DNA of 64,000 bases from Enterococcus phage VRE9_4. A program made the position numbers and the translations under genes. Where the stretch lies: the sequence record PP680570.1; one strand, 5' to 3'. The notes beneath the pieces were generated by a model. That model made no database searches. It was not told the origin of the DNA and saw only the letters and a list, made by a program, of their open reading frames with translations. Below are positions 58,025 through 64,000 of the stretch, piece after piece; position 1 is the first letter of the stretch; every line of letters starts with the position of its first letter.

Positions 58025-59206
58025 CTATTTCTCCCAAATTCCACTATTTTTATCATAAGCTAATACTAATTTTTCCGAAGCCCTAGTAACCATTGTATAT
58101 AACCATTTTCTATGATTTTTTCCATTTAATCGTTCTTCAATTCCTAAAACTTTAGAGTATTCACTACCTTGAGATTTATGTGTAGTAATACAATATCCAT
58201 AATCAATATAATTAACTCTAGCATCACCTTTTGCAAACTGATTTACAATATAAGATTTTTGGTTTTCTTTAATAAAAGGAAGCATATCATACTTGATAGA
58301 AAACTCTCCACCACCAAATTCTGGAATAAAACGAACTCGAGCGATCTCAATATCTTTTCCCATTGCGTTCCCCATTAATTTTTCACTTTTAAATACGCCA
58401 CTAGAAAAATTAACTTCACCTAACATACCATTAATAAGAGGAAATCCTTCTTCATTTAAAATATCCCAATTATTATTAGTTACAATAATTTTATCTCCCT
58501 CTTGAGGAGTAGGTGAAACAAAACCCTTGGCTAAACGGATTTCATCGTTGTAAAGTTTTCTGGTTGCGTTTCTTCCACACAAAACTTGGTCTGCCCATAA
58601 AAGCATACCTACAGAAATCTCTTCTTTTGGAACCATCTTAACAAAATCATCAGAAAAAGGTTTTATAACCTCCCCTTCTCGAATCATTTTAGATAGTTGA
58701 ATAATACTATTCCCTTCCTCTTGGCGCATGATTTCATCTAAGAAAATGTGAGGATTTTTTAACATACCATTATCTGCTCCTACAGGAGGTAGCTGCCCTG
58801 GATCTCCAAGCATTATAATATGAATACCTAAATCTGCTATATCTTTTAATAGGTCTTCTGGAACCATTGAAATCTCATCTATTAAAATTAATTTAATTCC
58901 TTGATAGTTTTCAATAGGAAGCTTTTGATGAATAAAGTTATTATTAATTTTGATAGATTTGTATCGCAATTTGTGTAAGGTTTGTGCTGCTGGAAATCCT
59001 GTTTGTTGAAGACGATAAGCTGCCTTACCTGTAAAAGCTCCAACCATATATTGTAATGGTGATAGCTCTAGTGCATTAATAATTTTTTTTGCTAAAAAAG
59101 TTTTACCTGTTCCAGCAAAACCAGCGATTGTAGTATAACGTTCTCCACTTTTATATCGTTCTACAGCAATTTCTAAACCTTGTTTTTGTTTACTTGTTAA
59201 TGACAT
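58025..59206 (-). CDS. RecD/Dda-like SF1 DNA helicase
   Basis: 393 aa with Walker A GFAGTGKT and DEISMV (Walker B). The C-terminal QGSEY-type motif is typical of the AAA_30/UvrD_C_2 family. Confidence 0.7.
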   Translation of the reverse strand: MSLTSKQKQGLEIAVERYKSGERYTTIAGFAGTGKTFLAKKIINALELSPLQYMVGAFTGKAAYRLQQTGFPAAQTLHKLRYKSIKINNNFIHQKLPIENYQGIKLILIDEISMVPEDLLKDIADLGIHIIMLGDPGQLPPVGADNGMLKNPHIFLDEIMRQEEGNSIIQLSKMIREGEVIKPFSDDFVKMVPKEEISVGMLLWADQVLCGRNATRKLYNDEIRLAKGFVSPTPQEGDKIIVTNNNWDILNEEGFPLINGMLGEVNFSSGVFKSEKLMGNAMGKDIEIARVRFIPEFGGGEFSIKYDMLPFIKENQKSYIVNQFAKGDARVNYIDYGYCITTHKSQGSEYSKVLGIEERLNGKNHRKWLYTMVTRASEKLVLAYDKNSGIWEK

Positions 59207-59238
59207 TTAATCATTCCTTTTTTATTCATTATATTTAT

Positions 59239-59283
59239 ATTATATCATTATAAAAATAAAAAGTCAAGTTATTTACTTGACTT
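59239..59283 (-). promoter_or_regulatory. composite terminator-promoter cassette copy B: AAGTCAAGT-tattt-ACTTGACTT plus TTGACT-18-TGaTATAAT
   Basis: A perfect 9-bp stem is flanked by A/T runs. It contains the stop of the small gene. The -10 lies at 59239-59244. Confidence 0.65.
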
Positions 59284-59397
59284 TTTATTTCGTTTAGTTT
59301 TAATTTGTTCCCAAGCAATTAAAGCGTTTTTCATTTGACCTGGGTTACGAGCTAAATATTCTGAAACAAATTCTTTTTTTGTTACTTTGCGTTTCAT
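59269..59397 (-). CDS. small basic protein (42 aa)
   Basis: MKRKVTKKEFVSEYLARNPGQMKNALIAWEQIKTKRNKKSSK with RBS AAGGAGTGATAGAT. It is not in the ORF track. Confidence 0.45.
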   Translation of the reverse strand: MKRKVTKKEFVSEYLARNPGQMKNALIAWEQIKTKRNKKSSK

Positions 59398-59424
59398 ATC
59401 TATCACTCCTTAAATTTATATGTA

Positions 59425-59432
59425 GGGGGGGG
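59425..59432. repeat. G8 (C8 on coding strand) homopolymer tract in the 150-bp intergenic region
   Basis: GGGGGGGG followed by TGG. This is exceptional in an AT-rich genome. It lies about 28 nt upstream of the small gene's ATG. Confidence 0.8.
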
Positions 59433-59546
59433 TGGTTTTAGGAAAAAGAAAATAGGCAGAAGGTAAATATGGCTCAATTCAAAAAATAGCATGAACCATA
59501 TTTTTCTCCTAGATTAGCGTCCGTAGACGATAAAAATCCTTTAATA

Positions 59547-61286
59547 TTAGAAAATGTATTTTTGCGCTGATTTCAATTCTAAATCTGCAACAAACATTTG
59601 TAGGAACGTACGACCTCTAAAAGTACTCATCTTAATAGTTCCAACTACATCAATTTTTGATTGCTGGTTTTTCATAAGTTTTTGTGCTGTTTCAGTGCTA
59701 ACACCCTTAAACTTAATAAACTCCAGTCCTCCAGCAGAAAATGTTATCTTATGATTATCAAATTCTCCACCCACAACTATATCATCTTTTTTAACAGGAA
59801 TATCTCTTAAAACAAAAGTAGGCTCTTCCAAACCTTTTCCCCAAAATGTAGCATAACGAGTAATTTCTGTTAAATTTTCTTTAGACATTTGTTGCCAAGA
59901 AATATCAAAATCTACAGAATATATTGGTTCAAAGACAATTTCTGATAATTGTTTATTGAAATATTCTACAATTTCATCCTTTTTGTCAGCAGCAAAGGCA
60001 AATCCGTGAGCTCCTTCGTGACCTTCTGCAAATTCAAATAATCCACTTTCTTGCTCAAATCGTTTTAATTCTGGTAAGTCAGATTTATCATCTCCACGAG
60101 CCGACCCACCAAAAAAAGTTTTTCCATCTTTTTCAAAATACGTTCCTACTAAAGTTGGCTTTTTATATTTTGAAACAAATTGATTGGCAATTAATCCTGT
60201 AAAGGTTTTTGGAAATTCATTTTTAGTATCTAAAATTAGAATCTGGTTGTCAGTTAATTTATTTTCTTCAATTTGAGCTTCTAATGAATTAAAGGCATTA
60301 TCTCTCAATCTATCTTGTCGAGCTTTAATATTATTCATTTTCCGAACAACTGCTTCATGGAATACTTCTGTATCTCCCTCTTTAGCTCCACGTTTTGTCG
60401 AGGGTACATCATAAGGTTTATCACTAACCATAGCTTTTGTAACTTCTTTTTTCTCGTCCATTGTTCCTACTCGTGTTACTGCATTAATCATTGGGACAAT
60501 AGAAAAAGATAAACCAATTGGTGTTACCTGTCCTCCAAGATTAAATGACTTAGCCTTATATAATGCTTTTAAAAAAGTATTATGAATATTTCTCATTCCT
60601 TGCTGAACAATATAAATTGTTTCTAAAGTATTAATTTCGATCATATCTCCTACAATCCCAATAGCAGCAAGATCATAATATTTTTCTGAGTGGTCGAAGC
60701 CATACATTTTATCATACAACGCAGCAAACTTTAAACAAACTCCTGCACCTGATAATTTCTTATTAGGATAATCATCTAAAGAAATATTTACCATTGTAGC
60801 ATATTCTGAAAATTTAGGTGCATCGTGGTGATCCAAAATTACAATAGGTATATTCAACTTTTCTACAATATACTTATGAACATCATATTCATTCGAAGAA
60901 CAGTCAGGGGCTATAATTAAATCTACATTATGTTCCCCCATAATATCTTCCACTGTTTTTACAGGAATTCCATGTTCTTTGTTCTCTTGGAAAACAATTA
61001 TTATTCTATTTGTTATTTCTTCTTTATAACAATCTTTTAAATAATTGTAGACAATAGCTGTAGATGTATAACCATCTGCATCAGGGTCCTGAACTAATAA
61101 TATTTTATCTTTTGAATTTACGATCTTGTCGTGAATAATTTCAGCAACCTCTTTCAAATTTTTTATTAAAAGAGGATCGTGTAACGCTGAATCATTTAAT
61201 CTAAAAATCTTATCTGGGTTTATTCCTCTATTTATGAAAATGTTAATAATGTTGTCATCATTTTTTCCAATTAGTTGCGTTCTCAA
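59547..61286 (-). CDS. recJ: RecJ-like DHH-family ssDNA exonuclease (TTG start, TTGA overlap with primase stop)
   Basis: 579 aa with DPDADGYTS, ILDHHD (DHH motif) and a DHHA1-like GGSARGD ... GHEGAHGFA. Confidence 0.75.
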   Translation of the reverse strand: MRTQLIGKNDDNIINIFINRGINPDKIFRLNDSALHDPLLIKNLKEVAEIIHDKIVNSKDKILLVQDPDADGYTSTAIVYNYLKDCYKEEITNRIIIVFQENKEHGIPVKTVEDIMGEHNVDLIIAPDCSSNEYDVHKYIVEKLNIPIVILDHHDAPKFSEYATMVNISLDDYPNKKLSGAGVCLKFAALYDKMYGFDHSEKYYDLAAIGIVGDMIEINTLETIYIVQQGMRNIHNTFLKALYKAKSFNLGGQVTPIGLSFSIVPMINAVTRVGTMDEKKEVTKAMVSDKPYDVPSTKRGAKEGDTEVFHEAVVRKMNNIKARQDRLRDNAFNSLEAQIEENKLTDNQILILDTKNEFPKTFTGLIANQFVSKYKKPTLVGTYFEKDGKTFFGGSARGDDKSDLPELKRFEQESGLFEFAEGHEGAHGFAFAADKKDEIVEYFNKQLSEIVFEPIYSVDFDISWQQMSKENLTEITRYATFWGKGLEEPTFVLRDIPVKKDDIVVGGEFDNHKITFSAGGLEFIKFKGVSTETAQKLMKNQQSKIDVVGTIKMSTFRGRTFLQMFVADLELKSAQKYIF

Positions 61287-62440
61287 TATATATCATACTC
61301 CTCTTCATCTGTTCCTATGGAATCCCATAGCTCTAATTTTTCTACAAAATTTTCATCTATCTCTTTGTATGTTTTTCGTTCTCTATATAATTCTGCAAAA
61401 ACTTCAAAACCACAATCTACTGGAGAATCTTTATATCCTGAAATCATATTAGTATCTAAAATAAAACTTATTTTAATACCATCTTCATTAGTTCCAAAAC
61501 GTTCTTGTATTGTTTTAAAAATTCCTATTAAGTTATCATATTCTCTATCATACTTCATAGATTGAAATTGTCTATCAAAAGCAAAAATAATTTCTTCTAC
61601 ACCTAATTTTTTTAATGCTTCATATTGATGCCGTGAAAAGTGCATACCAAATGCTGCTACACCAATATTTTTCTTTGGAGATAATAAATCATCCATTTTC
61701 ATGACCGATTTCTCTCCCTCAAAAACAATGGCTTTTCTTTCTCTTCTAATATTATTAGCATTAAAAAATAAACCGAATAAATAAAATGATAGTGGCGAAG
61801 AATACAGTATCCCTTCACGTTCAACGGGTCTATATTTTCCATATCGTTCTATCATTTCGCTATTAGCTATTCTTTGTCGTATACCTAATAGATTTCCTTC
61901 TTCATCTAAATGAGGAAACATTAAACCCGTTGTTGCATAATTATATCTGATATTATATTTATGTTGAGTTTCTGCTGATATACCTTCTCGTTCCCAATCA
62001 TTTACAATAATTCTAGGATAACGTAAATAAGGTTTTTTGTCATAAAACATAAAGCTTGGTTCTTGATATTCAATATCTAAATCATCATTATGCAACATAT
62101 CATTATCGCCTAAAGTCATAAACTCTTGTGATTGAATATAAATATCAATAGCCTCTTCTAATAAAAGTTCTTCATGATATTCATTCATATACATTTTAGA
62201 TAATAATTCAAAAATATCAAATCTACCACAACCAGTGTAACAATTAAATAATTTTGTATTATCATAATAATAAAGTTTATGACTGCCCTCACCTTTATGA
62301 TTATGACAGACAGTTTCAAAGACTAATTGGTGTTCATCAACCCAATTACCTTGAATACCTTGTCCTACCAAAAAATCATATACTTGTTGGATAGACATTC
62401 CAGCTTTTATAGCATTCTTATCACGTCCATATTCTGCCAT
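61283..62440 (-). CDS. dnaG: DNA primase (DnaG-like, zinc-binding + TOPRIM)
   Basis: 385 aa with a CHC2-type cluster (CHNHKGEGSH ... CYTGCG) and a TOPRIM-like IVFEGEKSVMKMDD. Confidence 0.65.
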   Translation of the reverse strand: MAEYGRDKNAIKAGMSIQQVYDFLVGQGIQGNWVDEHQLVFETVCHNHKGEGSHKLYYYDNTKLFNCYTGCGRFDIFELLSKMYMNEYHEELLLEEAIDIYIQSQEFMTLGDNDMLHNDDLDIEYQEPSFMFYDKKPYLRYPRIIVNDWEREGISAETQHKYNIRYNYATTGLMFPHLDEEGNLLGIRQRIANSEMIERYGKYRPVEREGILYSSPLSFYLFGLFFNANNIRRERKAIVFEGEKSVMKMDDLLSPKKNIGVAAFGMHFSRHQYEALKKLGVEEIIFAFDRQFQSMKYDREYDNLIGIFKTIQERFGTNEDGIKISFILDTNMISGYKDSPVDCGFEVFAELYRERKTYKEIDENFVEKLELWDSIGTDEEEYDIY

Positions 62441-62482
62441 ATACCTACAACCTACTTTTTTAATTATTTTTTATACATTTAT

Positions 62483-62528
62483 ATTATATCATAATAAAAA
62501 TAAAAAGTCAAGCTAATTGCTTGACTTT
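62483..62528 (-). promoter_or_regulatory. composite terminator-promoter cassette copy C: AAAGTCAAGC-taatt-GCTTGACTTT plus TTGACT-17-TGaTATAAT
   Basis: A perfect 10-bp stem containing the dnaB stop, followed on the minus strand by a T-run. The -10 lies at 62483-62488. Confidence 0.65.
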
Positions 62529-63981
62529 AAAAAGCACTTTTTCGATCATCTACCGTTTGGTTACGACGCTTAACATTTTTTTCTGCTGCTTTTTGAACCT
62601 TAATAGAAGTAGCATCAATTCCAATAGGAATATTATTACTATCTGTAATAAACAAACCTTTACATCTACAAGTTCCCAAATCTACGTCGCACCACAATTT
62701 AACACCAGCATATTTACCTCGTCGTACTTTATAAAAGCTAATAATATAGTTTGGACGAAAATATCCTTGACTTACAAATGTTTCTACAGCTTGTTCATCA
62801 ATAGGTCTAATTTTAACTGCAATCATTCCTACATCAATACGATCCGCAATAGCTTTAGATCCTCGAAGCAAATTTTGATTAAGTTCTCCTTCAAGATAAT
62901 CTCCATTCACCTGAGTTCCTGACTCAATAAAAATTCCTAGTTGGTTTGCTAAATCTTTTAATTTAGTTGACAACATAAATAATACTTGGTCTTCACGTAA
63001 TTTCATACCATTTGAAATGGAAGCAATCTCTGCTAAAAATTTCATAGATGTATGAATATAATCAAAACGGAAATATTTAACATCATGTTCTCGATAATAT
63101 TTTCTAATAGTAGCTTCAATTTCTGTAACAGAGAAATCTGAAATAATTTCAAAATATAACGGAGCCTCAGACATAATTCTGGCTCCTTCTCTTAATACTT
63201 TTTCTTGGTCTTCATCAAATTTACCATCTAAAATGATATCTTCAGGAATTCCTGTAAGAAATGCTAATGCCATTGTTTGGCACTCTTCTGAATCTAACTC
63301 TGTAGAAATAAATAAAGAACCTTCTGCTTCTCCGTTGTCAACCCAAGCTTGTTTATGTTGGTCATAAATTACAGGAAAGGCAGAATAACAAGCTCGAGAC
63401 ATCATAATACGAGACTTCCCATTTCCTGTTGGAGCTGAGTACAAATAGAATTTACCTAACCGATCTCCACGAGTTATCGTATCCATCATTGTAATTGGAG
63501 AAGGTGAACCAAAATCTGGGGCTTCTTTAAAAGAATCAATTAAATTTAATAATCCTTCACCAGCTTGAATACTTTCAGAAGCTACATTACTTGCAGAAGT
63601 ATCCATAATATGTTGAATATTATCTGAAATTTCATTTGCCATATCCTTTAAAGAAGTATGTTCAAACCAATTTTGTTGGTAAGCAATTAATTCTTGATTT
63701 TCTGTATCCCAATCATAAAACTGTTTTACAGATACGCCATTTTTCTCAAGAGAGCGAAGTAGAGTTAATTTTTTAATTGTATCTAGGGCTGGCTCAAAAG
63801 CTGTTGGATCTCCTACTTGTGATAGTTTATCAAAGTAATATTCACCTTGTCGAGCATATTTCCCTTCAGCAATTTCTATCTCTTCATCAAATAAAGTATT
63901 AATTTGCGGACGACCTTGAATATAGCTTTCTATTACACCTAAGCTAAATTTTGGATGTCCCATTGAATATAAATTGTACAT
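62527..63981 (-). CDS. dnaB: DnaB-like replicative helicase
   Basis: 484 aa with Walker A SAPTGNGKSR, an N-terminal DnaB-like domain and a RecA-like C-domain. Confidence 0.8.
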   Translation of the reverse strand: MYNLYSMGHPKFSLGVIESYIQGRPQINTLFDEEIEIAEGKYARQGEYYFDKLSQVGDPTAFEPALDTIKKLTLLRSLEKNGVSVKQFYDWDTENQELIAYQQNWFEHTSLKDMANEISDNIQHIMDTSASNVASESIQAGEGLLNLIDSFKEAPDFGSPSPITMMDTITRGDRLGKFYLYSAPTGNGKSRIMMSRACYSAFPVIYDQHKQAWVDNGEAEGSLFISTELDSEECQTMALAFLTGIPEDIILDGKFDEDQEKVLREGARIMSEAPLYFEIISDFSVTEIEATIRKYYREHDVKYFRFDYIHTSMKFLAEIASISNGMKLREDQVLFMLSTKLKDLANQLGIFIESGTQVNGDYLEGELNQNLLRGSKAIADRIDVGMIAVKIRPIDEQAVETFVSQGYFRPNYIISFYKVRRGKYAGVKLWCDVDLGTCRCKGLFITDSNNIPIGIDATSIKVQKAAEKNVKRRNQTVDDRKSAF

Positions 63982-64000
63982 AATTGCATAAGAGACTTTT

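Noticed and set aside
62521-62922. Plus-strand 133-aa ORF
   Set aside because: It is antisense to the dnaB 3' end, and its S/N/I-rich composition is typical of an AT-rich antisense frame.
1-64000. CRISPR arrays, tRNAs, integrase/repressor lysogeny module
   Set aside because: No regularly spaced direct repeats were seen. Intergenic gaps are at most 150 bp, and none shows an obvious cloverleaf, though tRNAscan should confirm. No tyrosine or serine recombinase, CI-like repressor or attP-like features were found in the window.

Overview
This 64-kb window is a segment of a large AT-rich tailed dsDNA phage (or prophage) genome from a low-GC Gram-positive host, with strong AGGAGG-type RBSs. It has two convergent arms that meet at a bidirectional terminator (50947..50978).

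(1) Plus-strand virion and lysis arm (1..50949). Gene order by eye: terminase large subunit; a small PD-(D/E)xK (DUF559/Vsr-like) nuclease; portal; a scaffold-like protein with a long acidic disordered tract; a 205-aa capsid-associated protein; the major capsid protein; neck genes; the major tail protein; a chaperone-like gene; a 2673-aa tape measure protein; distal-tail and Ig-like proteins; a 2572-aa collagen-motif tail fibre; more tail proteins; a holin; and an 810-aa endolysin with three catalytic domains. An unusual block of five large structural-like genes sits downstream of the lysis cassette.

(2) Minus-strand replication and nucleotide-metabolism arm (50976..63981). It encodes DnaB-like helicase, primase, RecJ-like exonuclease, RecD-like helicase, thymidine kinase, DNA polymerase III alpha, a P-loop nucleotide kinase, a dUTPase with a large insertion, and a RuvC-like resolvase. 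This arm is punctuated by three near-identical composite elements in which a terminator hairpin carries the -35 box of a consensus TTGACT-17/18-TGnTATAAT promoter, plus a fourth consensus promoter.

No integrase, repressor, CRISPR array or tRNA was seen. No single overtly novel defence-type system could be demonstrated from sequence alone. The most unusual items are the terminator-promoter cassettes, the post-lysis structural block, the giant modular fibre, the tri-domain lysin, the EF-hand protein and the insertion-bearing dUTPase.
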